This document shows, one piece after another, positions 1-9,545 of a stretch of 64,000 nucleotides of DNA. Where the stretch lies: positions 192,001 through 256,000 of the forward strand of contig CAXXRD010000001.1 in assembly GCA_963663895.2 (NCBI GenBank), in the 5' to 3' direction. Both the position numbers and the translations under genes were made by a program. A model generated the notes under the pieces. That model was not told the origin of the DNA. It did not search any database and saw only the letters and a program-made list of their open reading frames with translations. How positions within the stretch are numbered: the stretch's first letter is position 1; each line of letters opens with the position of its first letter. Source of the stretch: Dehalococcoidia bacterium (GTDB lineage: Bacteria > Chloroflexota > Dehalococcoidia > Bin125).

Positions 1-777
1 CTGCGCAAACTGCGCCGCGATCTCCTCCCCGACCCAGAAACCGGCGTCGCTCATACCGAAAGGGTCTGGGGCGCCACCGGGTCCTTCACCGTGGACTTCG
101 TCCTCGCCGATATTTGGTCCCGTCCGCAGCTCTCCAGACGCGACCGCAGCATGATCGTTCTCGCAACGCTGATCGCGCTCGGCCAGACGGGCAAGGAGAT
201 GGTGGTGCACACGCAGGGCGCCATCCACCACGGCATGACCCGTGAAGAGGTCGAGGAAGTGGTGACCCACGTCAGCGCGTACGTCGGCTTCCCGAAAACG
301 CTGGGCGCCATCCGCATCGTGCAGGACGGCCTGCGCTCTTTCGAGGAGAACGGAAAGCTTCCTCCACACGAGCCGGCCGCCCGCAAGAGCGACGAAGAGC
401 GCTACCACGACGGCCTGGACGTGCTCCGCACCTTGATGGACTGGTCCGACCCGGCCGGCGAAGCGCCCAAACTTGAAGAGCGGCTCGGCCCGATCGGGCC
501 TCTCGCCATCCGTTACCTCTTCGGCGAAGTCTGGGCACGCACGCAACTCTCCCGCCGCGACCGGAGCCTCATCACGGTGGCGATCCTCACCGCACTCGGC
601 CGGACCGATCAGATGACCACGCATGTCCCCGGCGCACTCAACCACGGCGTGACTCGCGAAGAGATCGAAGAGGTCATGGTGCAGATGCTAGGCTATGCAG
701 GCTGGCCGGCCGCGGTGAGCGGCCTTGCCAAAGCGCGTGAGATCTTCGCCGCGATCGATGCCGAAAGCAGCGAGTAG
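1..777 (+). CDS. Carboxymuconolactone decarboxylase (CMD/AhpD-like) family protein with two repeats; 5' end probably outside the window
   Basis: Two copies of 'W.R.QLSRRDRS...ALG....H..GA..HG.TREE.EEV.....Y.G.P'. Frame 1 is open from base 1 through the GTG at 91. Confidence 0.85.
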   Translation: MRKLRRDLLPDPETGVAHTERVWGATGSFTVDFVLADIWSRPQLSRRDRSMIVLATLIALGQTGKEMVVHTQGAIHHGMTREEVEEVVTHVSAYVGFPKTLGAIRIVQDGLRSFEENGKLPPHEPAARKSDEERYHDGLDVLRTLMDWSDPAGEAPKLEERLGPIGPLAIRYLFGEVWARTQLSRRDRSLITVAILTALGRTDQMTTHVPGALNHGVTREEIEEVMVQMLGYAGWPAAVSGLAKAREIFAAIDAESSE

Positions 778-857
778 CGCGCGCTTACCTCCCACCCGTT
801 CCCGGAAGCGCTGACCGCCACTCACGATCCGCTGGCGATCGCTCTCGCCGGTAGCAA

Positions 858-892
858 AAGCTTGGGGGATTACTTACGTGTGTACCCCTAGA
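858..892 (-). repeat. Site copy A (inverted) of the GGGTACACA..CG...AAT(C/T)CCC repeat
   Basis: Reverse complement reads TCTAGGGGTACACACGTAAGTAATCCCCCAAGCTT and matches copies at 999-1026 and 1494-1523. Confidence 0.8.
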
Positions 893-998
893 AAAACTGG
901 CCTCTTCTCCTGCTCGGAATATCGGGCATGCCGATCTCTCTGCCGACTCATAGAACGCCAACGCTACCTCTACCTAGAAACCATGCCCCCTCAGCGTC

Positions 999-1026
999 TC
1001 TAGGGGTACACACGTCAGCAATTCCC
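999..1026 (+). repeat. Site copy B, directly before the VOC start codon
   Basis: TCTAGGGGTACACACGTCAGCAATTCCC followed by ATG at 1027. Confidence 0.8.
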
Positions 1027-1410
1027 ATGCGCATTACACTCACCAGCGTTTTCGTAAGTAATCAGGACGAAGCTCTGAAGTTCTACACAGAGACCCTCGG
1101 CTTTGTGAAGAAGCATGACGTGCCTGTGGGGGAATTCAAGTGGCTGACGGTCGTCTCGCCCGATGACCCCGATGGGACCGAGCTGCTGCTGGAACCAAAT
1201 GACAACCCGGTATCACAGGCATTTCAGAAAGGGATATTTGACCAAGGCATCCCAGCGGCGTCCTTTGGCGTTACGGACATCCGTGCAGAGTGTGAGAAAC
1301 TGAAGTCACTGGGCGTCGCGTTTACGATGAATCCAACAGCAGTGGCCAACGTCACCATGGCGGTCTTTGACGACACCTGCGGTAATCTGATTCAGATAGT
1401 ACAGACGTAA
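1027..1410 (+). CDS. VOC (glyoxalase/bleomycin resistance) family protein
   Basis: MRITLTSVFVSNQDEALKFYTETLGF...AVFDDTCGNLIQIVQ. Visibly lower GC than flanking genes. The family N-terminus begins at ATG 1027, not 928. Confidence 0.9.
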   Translation: MRITLTSVFVSNQDEALKFYTETLGFVKKHDVPVGEFKWLTVVSPDDPDGTELLLEPNDNPVSQAFQKGIFDQGIPAASFGVTDIRAECEKLKSLGVAFTMNPTAVANVTMAVFDDTCGNLIQIVQT

Positions 1411-1493
1411 CTACGATCGACACACAGGCAGTATTTGGGCTGCGTGATGTTGTCGAATTGATCGCTCCACATCAGGGCATTCGCCGATAGCTT

Positions 1494-1523
1494 GGGTACA
1501 CAGCGATATAATCCCCAAAGCTT
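1494..1523 (+). repeat. Site copy C downstream of the VOC gene
   Basis: GGGTACACAGCGATATAATCCCCAAAGCTT; direct repeat of B and inverted repeat of A. Confidence 0.75.
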
Positions 1524-1587
1524 GCCGCCGCCGAGCCGGTAGAATCGTCCCTGTCGCGCACCGGACAGGCCACGAGAGGAGCGCTAG

Positions 1588-2643
1588 ATGCGTTACAAGC
1601 TGCTGGGCACCAGCGGGCTGCGAGTCTCCGAACTCTCACTCGGGACGATGACCTTTGGAGATGATTGGGGCTGGGGGACTCCGAAGAAGCAGAGCGGCGC
1701 GATCTTCGACGCCTACGTGGAGGCCGGCGGCAACTTCATCGACGGCGCCAATATGTACACCAATGGCACGAGCGAGAAGTACATCGGCGAGTTCATCCAA
1801 GACCGCGCCGCGCTCGTCATCGCGACGAAGTACACCCTCAACAGCTATCCGAGCGCCCCTAACAGCCGTGCCTACGACCCCAATAGCGGCGGCAACCACC
1901 GCAAGAGCATGGTCCAATCACTCGAGGGCAGCCTCCGCCGGCTCGGCACCGATTACGTCGACCTCTTCTGGCTGCACTCCTGGGACAGCACCACCCCCAT
2001 TGAGGAAGTCATGCGCGCCCTGGACGATCTCGTCCGCTCCGGCAAGGTGCTCCATCTCGGCATCTCGAACGCGCCAGCTTGGATCGTGTCGGAGGCTAAT
2101 GCGATCGCGAAGCTGCGCGGCTGGAGCCCGTTCGTCGCCTTGCAGATCCAGTACAGCCTGGTTGAGCGCGCCGCCGAGCGCGACCTCCTGCCAATGGCCC
2201 GCGCCCACGACATCGCGATCCTGCCCTGGGGCATCCTGGGCGCCGGCGTGTTGACCGGCAAGTACACGGACGGGGCCAAGCGGGGACGCCTCTCCGTCGA
2301 TTCCTGGCGCGAGGGCTTTCTCACGGAGCGCAACCTTGCCATCGCCAGCGAGGTCCAGGCCATCGCCGATGAGATCGGACGTTCGCCCACGCAAGTCGCG
2401 ACCAATTGGGTACGCCAGCAGCCGGGCGTCGTCATTCCCATCGTCGGCGCGACTAAGCTGGAGCAACTCGAGGATTCGCTCGCCTCACTCGAGTTCGATC
2501 TCGACGACGCACAGATCGCCCGGCTCGACGCCGCGAGCGCGATCCCGCTCGGCTATCCGCACGATTTCCTCGCCGACCCCTTCAGCCTTGAACTGATCCA
2601 CGGAGCACACGCCGCCGACATCGACAATCACCACGCGCCCTAG
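1588..2643 (+). CDS. Aldo/keto reductase
   Basis: LGTSGLRVSELSLGTMTFG, GGNFIDGANMY, SLRRLGTDYVDLFWLH, IPIVGAT motifs; GAGGAG RBS. Confidence 0.95.
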   Translation: MRYKLLGTSGLRVSELSLGTMTFGDDWGWGTPKKQSGAIFDAYVEAGGNFIDGANMYTNGTSEKYIGEFIQDRAALVIATKYTLNSYPSAPNSRAYDPNSGGNHRKSMVQSLEGSLRRLGTDYVDLFWLHSWDSTTPIEEVMRALDDLVRSGKVLHLGISNAPAWIVSEANAIAKLRGWSPFVALQIQYSLVERAAERDLLPMARAHDIAILPWGILGAGVLTGKYTDGAKRGRLSVDSWREGFLTERNLAIASEVQAIADEIGRSPTQVATNWVRQQPGVVIPIVGATKLEQLEDSLASLEFDLDDAQIARLDAASAIPLGYPHDFLADPFSLELIHGAHAADIDNHHAP

Positions 2644-2705
2644 CCGGGTGCCGGCCGGCACCGAACGCGTGGGGGATCCCGTCTCGCCCGCTTCAATTCG
2701 CCCTC

Positions 2706-4055
2706 TTAGATCATGCCGCGGTCGCGCATCTCCAGGAAAGACTTCGTGAACGCGTCGATCATCGTGTCGATGTCCTCCGGATGGTGCGCGGTCGAGATCA
2801 GCGAGAAATGTACGCCAGGAACAAGCACGCCATTCTTCAGTAGGATCGTGTAGTAGTCACGCGCTCGCTTCTCGATCAGAGTTGAACGCTCGATATCACG
2901 TGCCGAGTCGATCCGGCCGCGCTGGAACTGCAAGTAGAACATCGAAGCGGCGTTCTGTAACTGTGCCGGGAACTCCTCTTCTAGCAGGAAGTCGTTCACC
3001 GCCACGGCCAGGCGCTCGCCCTCGCGCTGAAGGTACGGATAGATCTCAGGATGCTCTTTCATGTGGGTGAGCGCCGCCACCCCCGCCGCCATCGCGAGGG
3101 GGTTTCCGCCGAACGTCCCCCCGGCGAACACCGCCTCTTCGTCCTTGGGCCGCTCGATGTCGATGCGGAAGACCTCCATAACGTCGGCGCGCCCCACCAC
3201 GGCGCCCATCGGCAGCCCGCCTCCCAGCGCTTTCCCGTAGGTCGCTAGATCCGGCTTCACGTCAAAGAATTCCTGCCCGCCGCCGTAACTGAGCCGGAAA
3301 CCGGTTACCACTTCGTCCATCAGGAACAGTACCCCGGCCTCCCGGCAAACGTTGGCCACCCCCCTGACGAAATCCCCACAATCCAGACGGGGGTTGCTGC
3401 TCTGCACCGGCTCTAACATCACCAATGCCAGCTCGTCCTTATGTTCCCAGATCAGTTCATAGGCAGCTTCGTGCCGGTAGGGCAGCATCAATACCTGATC
3501 GACCGTCTCCTGGGGGATCCCCGCCCCACGCGGCACGGCAACCGGCGCCGCGCGCGGACTCTCCGGATCGGCCACCAGCAGCACATAGTCGTGCGAGCCG
3601 TGGTAGCTCCCGTCGAAGATCGCAATCTTCGTTTTTCCGCTGTACGCGCGGGCCGCTCGGATCGCCCACATCGTCGCTTCGGTTCCCGAGTTCCCGAACA
3701 GCGCTTGCTCGCCACAGGGTGACGCCTCGAGCAACAGCCGCCCCAACTCCTCCTGATAGGGATGCTGCAGCCCCCATTGCACGCCGCGAGCTGCCGCCTC
3801 TTGAATCGCGGCAACGATCACATCGGGGGCATGCCCAAGGAGATGCGGTCCGTACCCCATCGTCATGTCTATGTACTCGTTGCCATCCACGTCCCACACC
3901 CGTGAGCCTTTTGACTCCCGGATGAAGAGCGGGTAGTGCATCGCGATCGAGCCTGCCAGCTCCATCGCCAAGATCTCGCTCGACCGTTCCTCCAGTACCT
4001 TCGAGCCGGGAGTGTGCTGCTCCATCTCCGCGCGGACGTTCTCGGTCATGACCAT
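2706..4055 (-). CDS. Class III PLP aminotransferase (glutamate-1-semialdehyde aminomutase-like)
   Basis: WDVDGNEYID, NSGTEA, YHGSHD, DEVVTGFR, YGKALGGGLP, GTFGGNPL. Start placed after the GGAGG at 4062-4066; the ORF-track N-terminal extension is antisense to the next gene. Confidence 0.9.
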   Translation of the reverse strand: MVMTENVRAEMEQHTPGSKVLEERSSEILAMELAGSIAMHYPLFIRESKGSRVWDVDGNEYIDMTMGYGPHLLGHAPDVIVAAIQEAAARGVQWGLQHPYQEELGRLLLEASPCGEQALFGNSGTEATMWAIRAARAYSGKTKIAIFDGSYHGSHDYVLLVADPESPRAAPVAVPRGAGIPQETVDQVLMLPYRHEAAYELIWEHKDELALVMLEPVQSSNPRLDCGDFVRGVANVCREAGVLFLMDEVVTGFRLSYGGGQEFFDVKPDLATYGKALGGGLPMGAVVGRADVMEVFRIDIERPKDEEAVFAGGTFGGNPLAMAAGVAALTHMKEHPEIYPYLQREGERLAVAVNDFLLEEEFPAQLQNAASMFYLQFQRGRIDSARDIERSTLIEKRARDYYTILLKNGVLVPGVHFSLISTAHHPEDIDTMIDAFTKSFLEMRDRGMI

Positions 4056-4208
4056 GGTCATCCTCCGCTGACAGAAAGCGCCGTCCTGACGCATTGGCGG
4101 CCAGGATAGTCCTGCGGGCGCAACCACCGCCACGCGCCCCAGCGCCCCGTGGGTTCTTACTCTATCCTCCCAAGCCATATCCAAGGCATCCCCAACTTCG
4201 GAGCCCGC

Positions 4209-5471
4209 ATGCGCACCCTCGACAACACGACGCTCCTCATCCGCTGCGGCCGGCTCTTCGACGGCACGGGGCGGCCCGTCCAATGTGATCAAGCCGTGTT
4301 CGTCCGAGATCGCCGCATCCAGGCAGTCGGCCCCGCGCCGCGCGTCGCGCACGCCGTGCCCCCACGAACCCCGCGCATTGATCTCGGCGACGCCTGTCTC
4401 CTGCCCGGCCTCATCGACGGCCATACCCACAGTAGTCTCCCCGGCGACGGCCGCCCCTATGCCGCGCAGATCGCCATCCCCGACGCTCTCATGGTCGGCG
4501 TCGCCGCGAAAAACCTGGGCCGGCATCTCGACGCAGGGATCACCACCGTCCGCGATCACGGTGCACGGAACATGGTCGGCTTCACGATTCGCGCCGCCGT
4601 GACGCGCGGCCTGATTCGCGGCCCCCGCATGCTCGTCAGTGGTCGGCCGATCACCCGTCCCGGGGGGCACTTCCATTGGTGCAATGAGACGGCCGCCGGT
4701 CCCAGTGCCGCCCGCGCCGCTGTGCGTCGCCTGATCCGCGACGGCGCCGACTACATCAAGGTCATGGCCACTGGCGGCGGCACCGAAGGGACGAACCCAG
4801 GCGAAGCCTCGTACTCAGTGGAAGAATTGCGGGCGGTCGTGGACGAAGCACACGCGCATGGACGCAGGACCGCCGCGCACGTGCGGGCTACCGAGGGCAT
4901 GCAGCGCGCCGCCGAGGCCGGCTTCGACTTGCTCGAACACGTCGAATTCAACGAACCCGACGGCCGTCCACGCTTCAATCCCGAAGTCGCTGCCAAGATC
5001 GCCGCGGCGGGCGCGTACGTGAGTCCCACGCTGCAGGTCCTCACCGATTACCAGCGCATCGTCGCGCTGCGCGAGCGCGCCGCCCGTCAGGCGATCTCGG
5101 CGGAGGACGAGCGGGAGTTGCTCACGCTCGAGCGGACGCTCGACGGCTACATCGACCGCTTCCGTTGCTTTCTCGAAAGCGGCATCGCGGAGCGCGTCGC
5201 GCCGGGTACCGACTGCGGCCCCTTCGGCACCGCCTTCGGACACCTCGATTATGAGCTCGCGTTACTCGTCCAAGCTGGCTATCGCCCTGCGGACGCCCTC
5301 TGCGCTGTGACCTACCGCGCCGCCGCGGCCGCCGGGTTGGATCACGAGATCGGCACCATTGAGGTCGGCAAGCTCGCCGACCTCCTCGCTGTCGACGGCG
5401 ACCCCACCCACGACATCACGGCCGTAAGCCGCGTCGTGGCGGTCTTCCAAGAGGGCCAACGCGTCCGCTGA
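4209..5471 (+). CDS. Metal-dependent amidohydrolase
   Basis: LPGLIDGHTH, GITTVRDHG, DYIKVMATGG, AAHV, GTDCG, GTIEVGKLADLLAVDGDP. Confidence 0.92.
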   Translation: MRTLDNTTLLIRCGRLFDGTGRPVQCDQAVFVRDRRIQAVGPAPRVAHAVPPRTPRIDLGDACLLPGLIDGHTHSSLPGDGRPYAAQIAIPDALMVGVAAKNLGRHLDAGITTVRDHGARNMVGFTIRAAVTRGLIRGPRMLVSGRPITRPGGHFHWCNETAAGPSAARAAVRRLIRDGADYIKVMATGGGTEGTNPGEASYSVEELRAVVDEAHAHGRRTAAHVRATEGMQRAAEAGFDLLEHVEFNEPDGRPRFNPEVAAKIAAAGAYVSPTLQVLTDYQRIVALRERAARQAISAEDERELLTLERTLDGYIDRFRCFLESGIAERVAPGTDCGPFGTAFGHLDYELALLVQAGYRPADALCAVTYRAAAAAGLDHEIGTIEVGKLADLLAVDGDPTHDITAVSRVVAVFQEGQRVR

Positions 5472-5552
5472 ACGAGCGGCACTTGCATGTCTTGCATGTA
5501 AGGTATCGGCGCGAGCGCGCCGCCACGGGCGACTCCAAGCGTAGGGCATGCG

Positions 5553-6809
5553 ATGGGCGTCGCCGCAGGACTCGGTTCAGCGATCACTTGGGCGATCTCG
5601 AGCACCTTCCTCGGATCGCAGACGGCGCGTATCGACACGATCACACTCGTACTCCTCCGCGCCCTGTTCGCGGCACCGACTTTCGCCGTCGCCCTGTTCA
5701 TTACCGGCGCGCAGGACGAACTCTGGAACATGCCGTGGAACAACATGTGGCAGCTCTCTATGGCAGGCTTCTTTGCCATCGGCAGCGGCGACCTCCTCTT
5801 CGCAGGTGCGTTTTTCCTAATCGGCATGAGCCGTGCGCTCCTGATCGTGATGTCCCTGGCCGTCCTGTTCTCGTTCGTCCTGGCATCGATCTTCCTCGGC
5901 GAAGATCCAACACTCCAAATCGGGATCGGCGCCGTGCTGATCTTGCTCGGCGTCTACACCGCTGCCCTGTACGGGCAGCCGCAGGGCGCCGGCTCCCGTG
6001 CGATGGGAACGGCCGACACTGCAGACGCGACGGCCGCTCCCCGTCCCATCGCCGGGGGAGCGCTTTCCGAACCGTCGAACGACGGCGCAGCAAGAAGGTG
6101 GCTACGCAGGCGCTCCGTCGCGTTCACGATCCTCGGAGCTGCACTCGCGACCGCGATTCTGCTGTACCTCCGTGGGCGCCGCCGGACCGCCCCACCAGAG
6201 CCACCGTCCGACTTTGTCAAACCATCGTCTCCGCTGAGCACCGCCGCAGCGGTGACGGCCCCGCAGACGCACCCACCTCTCTTTACCGCACCATCCGTGG
6301 ACGCCACCCCCGACGATCAGGAGCCGGCCCCTGTGCCTGCGGGCGGGCTGTCGGCGACCGCCTGGGCCTGGATGATCAAACACCGGCTTCCAATCGGGGT
6401 GATCGTCGCCACGCTGGCCGGCCTCAACTGGGCGATCGCGATCGTGTGGCTCCGCGGGGCCTCGTTCGACGTCGACCCGGTCGCCGGCGTCAGCGTGCGG
6501 ATTCCGCTGGTCGTCGGGATCTTTGCGATCGCGGCGATCGCCTATCCCAACTCCAGCCTGCGAAAGTGGAACATCACTTGGCGGGGGTTTATCGCGATCG
6601 CGATCTCGGGCGTGATCGGCAACGGTATTGCCTCCCTGCTGATCTTGGTGTCCATTCAGGAAGTCGGCGCGGGCGAGGCAACGACACTGCTCTCGACCGG
6701 CCCACTATGGGGCCTGCCCCTAGCCGTCATCTTCCTGCGCGAGCGCATCACGCGTTGGGCGGTCGTGGGAGCCGTAACGGCGATCGTCGGGATCGTGCTA
6801 GTCGCCTGA
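5553..6809 (+). CDS. DMT/EamA family transporter with a long central insertion
   Basis: Two 5-TM EamA repeats (FLGE, FLRERIT..GA) separated by a ~120 aa Pro/Ala-rich linker. Confidence 0.85.
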   Translation: MGVAAGLGSAITWAISSTFLGSQTARIDTITLVLLRALFAAPTFAVALFITGAQDELWNMPWNNMWQLSMAGFFAIGSGDLLFAGAFFLIGMSRALLIVMSLAVLFSFVLASIFLGEDPTLQIGIGAVLILLGVYTAALYGQPQGAGSRAMGTADTADATAAPRPIAGGALSEPSNDGAARRWLRRRSVAFTILGAALATAILLYLRGRRRTAPPEPPSDFVKPSSPLSTAAAVTAPQTHPPLFTAPSVDATPDDQEPAPVPAGGLSATAWAWMIKHRLPIGVIVATLAGLNWAIAIVWLRGASFDVDPVAGVSVRIPLVVGIFAIAAIAYPNSSLRKWNITWRGFIAIAISGVIGNGIASLLILVSIQEVGAGEATTLLSTGPLWGLPLAVIFLRERITRWAVVGAVTAIVGIVLVA

Positions 6810-6821
6810 CGAGAAACGCGC

Positions 6822-7643
6822 TTAGCCGGCGGGCCGCACGCTGCTCTCCTCGGCGCTGACACCGGCGAGATGCCCCAAATAGATCGGAACGAGCGGGAGG
6901 AAGCAGGGAGACAGGAACGACAAAAATCCGCCCGCGAAGGCCAACGCGAACCCGAAGAGGCCGGTCACGCTACCTCCGGTGGCCGTCGCATCCTCCGCGG
7001 TGCCCGGTAGAAAGGTGAAAAAGTCGTTCAGCACCACGACCCGGTCCAGGAAGATCAGCACCCCCATAAAGACGAGCAAGATGCCGCTTACGACCGCGAT
7101 CACGGGCAGATACGGACCGATCCGCCGGAGCAGCGCCGAGGACGACCCCAACGCTGCGCCCGCGATGAGGAACGGCAGCCCGAGGCCCATCGCGTAGAAA
7201 ACCAGCAGCACGGTGCCTTGCACGACCGACCCAGAGTCCGCGGCCAAGGCCAGGATCCCGGCCAAAATCGGCCCGACGCACGGCGTCCAGCCGAGCGAGA
7301 ACGCGCCTCCCACCAATAGCGACCGGCTATAGCGACGGATCCCGCGCTTCGGCACGGGAGAACCCGACCCGCCGCCACCACCTGCGCTCATTTGGTAGGT
7401 CCGCATCAACAACGGAATCGTGATCAGTTCGGCCAAATGCAGCCCCAAAACGATGAGCGCCACCCCAGCGACCCGCTGAAACCAAATGATGTTGTCGCGC
7501 AGGGCGAAACCCACAACCCCGAGTGATGCACCCAGCGCGATAAAGATGATCGAGAATCCGATCACGAACGCGAGCGCATGCATAAACGTCGCCCGGCGGA
7601 GCGAACTCAGATCCCAGCTCGCGAGAAGCGCAGCCGCAGTCAT
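6822..7643 (-). CDS. ccdA: Cytochrome c biogenesis protein CcdA (DsbD-beta family), circularly permuted
   Basis: FVIGFSIIFIALGAS, GWTPCVGPILAGIL, YAMGLGLPFL. The usually N-terminal AFAGGFLSFLSPCFLPLVPIYL motif sits at the C-terminus. Confidence 0.88.
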   Translation of the reverse strand: MTAAALLASWDLSSLRRATFMHALAFVIGFSIIFIALGASLGVVGFALRDNIIWFQRVAGVALIVLGLHLAELITIPLLMRTYQMSAGGGGGSGSPVPKRGIRRYSRSLLVGGAFSLGWTPCVGPILAGILALAADSGSVVQGTVLLVFYAMGLGLPFLIAGAALGSSSALLRRIGPYLPVIAVVSGILLVFMGVLIFLDRVVVLNDFFTFLPGTAEDATATGGSVTGLFGFALAFAGGFLSFLSPCFLPLVPIYLGHLAGVSAEESSVRPAG

Positions 7644-7833
7644 CCGCTCTACCTATCCCCTCGCTCCGTGCCGGCGGCGGCGCAGGCTTCTCCGCCCCAC
7701 TACGTCGGCTCGCTTCTGACTACGAGCCCCCATCGATCGCGGTTTGCTTCCGAGCCACACACGATGCTCCGATCGTAACAGTCCTCTGTAAACAGGCCTC
7801 GCGGACGAGCCACGCGCCGCTATTCCCTGCGAC

Positions 7834-8280
7834 CTAGAGGATCTCCAGCAATTCGATGATCGTGCCGTCCGGATCCTTGAGACATACGACCCGCTCCCCA
7901 CCGGCGAGGTTGATCTCCTGTGGCTCGGAGAGAAACTCCACGCCCTTCGACTTGAGATCCTCGTACATCGCGGGCAGGTCCTTCGTGCGTAGCGCGAGCC
8001 GGGGCATCCCCGCCTGATAGAGGTGTGGGGGAGTTCCCTCGGTCTTCGGCTGGATCCACTCGATCAGATCGATCCGCGTGGCGCGGGGATCCTCTCCTAC
8101 CATCAGGAGAGCGACGCGCGCCTCCCCCCCGGGAATCCCTAACGCCACCTCCAATTCCGGACTGAGCTTTTGCTGCGGCAGATCGAGCACCACACGAAAT
8201 CCCAGCAGCTTGTAGAAGGCCAACGAACGCTCAAAGTCGCGGCAATTGACATTGATATGAAACAGTCCCTGAATCGGCAT
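7834..8280 (-). CDS. VOC family protein
   Basis: HINVNCRDFERSLAFYKLLGF...KDPDGTIIELLE. Confidence 0.9.
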   Translation of the reverse strand: MPIQGLFHINVNCRDFERSLAFYKLLGFRVVLDLPQQKLSPELEVALGIPGGEARVALLMVGEDPRATRIDLIEWIQPKTEGTPPHLYQAGMPRLALRTKDLPAMYEDLKSKGVEFLSEPQEINLAGGERVVCLKDPDGTIIELLEIL

Positions 8281-8321
8281 GGTGACTCGCCTTTCTGATC
8301 CGCACGACCGGCTCGGTTACC

Positions 8322-9452
8322 CTAGGCGCGCATCGACTCCGGGTCGATCCCGCGAGCCGTACACCATTCCCGGTACGCGATCGGTGAGATCTCAGACGGC
8401 TTGATCTCACTGCGCCCGCCCCAGAAAACATTGGTGTAGCCAACCTTGATCCCCGCCTCCGCCAAGTGCGCGTCGATCGCCGCCTTGTGCGCCAGCACCG
8501 TCGCCTTCTCGGTCCCATGCGCCACGCCCATCACGTTCACGTTCTGGAACTCCGGTCCGCCTTCGCGCCAGTAGGCATGGGTCATGACGTGATGGCGCCC
8601 GACTTCGCGGCCCGCGTCGATCTCGCGCCCCGGCGGCACTCGCCAATGGAAGAGCGCGTTGTAGCGCGTCACGCGTTGGTTGCCGGCCACCGGCTTGACG
8701 TGCTCCAAGAAGGTCGAGAAGCGGCCGATGATCTTCCGGCGGTCCAGCGCCTCCGCCGCAGCGCAGAACTCCTCGTACGGAAACCCCGCTTCTGCCGCCC
8801 GCGCCCGCCAAGGATCGATCCGGATCTCTTCCGGTGCAAACTCTCGCTTCAACGCGTTGAGCACCCGCCATTCTCGATCGCTGAGCGTCACGAGCTCCGT
8901 GTCCAGAACCGCTCCCGGCTCCTCGGTCCGGCTGCCGGGCTCCAGTCCCCGCCGGCGCGTGTGACCGACGCCCAGCGTGAACAGCCGCTTCGCCGGCATC
9001 AGCCGGTATCGCTCCGCCCCGACCTGCGCAGCGAGAAAGGAAGCGTGCCGCTCCAGGGAGAATCCCTGCGGCACCTTGAGCGTCGTCCAGAGCCGGTAGA
9101 CCGACCCCGGTGATTCGGCATCCGTCGTGCGGATCACCACATGCCCGGAAAACGGATCGCGCTCGAACATGTAGGTGAAAGCGCTATCCAGCCGGTCGGG
9201 CGGTACCGACCAAGCCGCCAGCGTACCTTGTGCGAGATTGGTGGAGAGCAGCGTTTGCCGCACCCGCCGGATCGTCCCGGCGACCAGCATCGCGCGGATC
9301 CGCTCGATCACGGTCCCGGCATCGACCCCGGACTGCCGCACGATCGCGGCGATCGGATCGCGCTGGAAGCCCGCCAAGCGGTCCTCGGAGACCGTGAGGA
9401 TCGCCACGTTGATCGGGTCGTCAATCGTTACCGGAACGGCCGGACACATCAT
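8322..9452 (-). CDS. Lrp/AsnC-fold protein resembling a fused siroheme decarboxylase (AhbAB/NirDL-like)
   Basis: Two tandem HTH+RAM-like halves; second half has NALFHWRVP, THAYWR (HxYxR) and VAHG. Confidence 0.7.
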   Translation of the reverse strand: MMCPAVPVTIDDPINVAILTVSEDRLAGFQRDPIAAIVRQSGVDAGTVIERIRAMLVAGTIRRVRQTLLSTNLAQGTLAAWSVPPDRLDSAFTYMFERDPFSGHVVIRTTDAESPGSVYRLWTTLKVPQGFSLERHASFLAAQVGAERYRLMPAKRLFTLGVGHTRRRGLEPGSRTEEPGAVLDTELVTLSDREWRVLNALKREFAPEEIRIDPWRARAAEAGFPYEEFCAAAEALDRRKIIGRFSTFLEHVKPVAGNQRVTRYNALFHWRVPPGREIDAGREVGRHHVMTHAYWREGGPEFQNVNVMGVAHGTEKATVLAHKAAIDAHLAEAGIKVGYTNVFWGGRSEIKPSEISPIAYREWCTARGIDPESMRA

Positions 9453-9545
9453 GGCTGCATCATCGCCGTGCCGCCGACGGGGGGCAACGTCTCACTTGGC
9501 CCGCCGCGCCGTCCATGCCCCTGCCTGGGCTAGGCTGGTGCGAGC

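Noticed and set aside
1411-1523. Classical integron attC site after the VOC gene
   Set aside because: No RYYYAAC...GTTRRRY core with the expected internal palindrome, and no intI in the window.
4056-4676. 200-aa N-terminal extension of the aminotransferase in the ORF track
   Set aside because: It overlaps the divergent amidohydrolase on the opposite strand, and the RBS supports a start near 4055.
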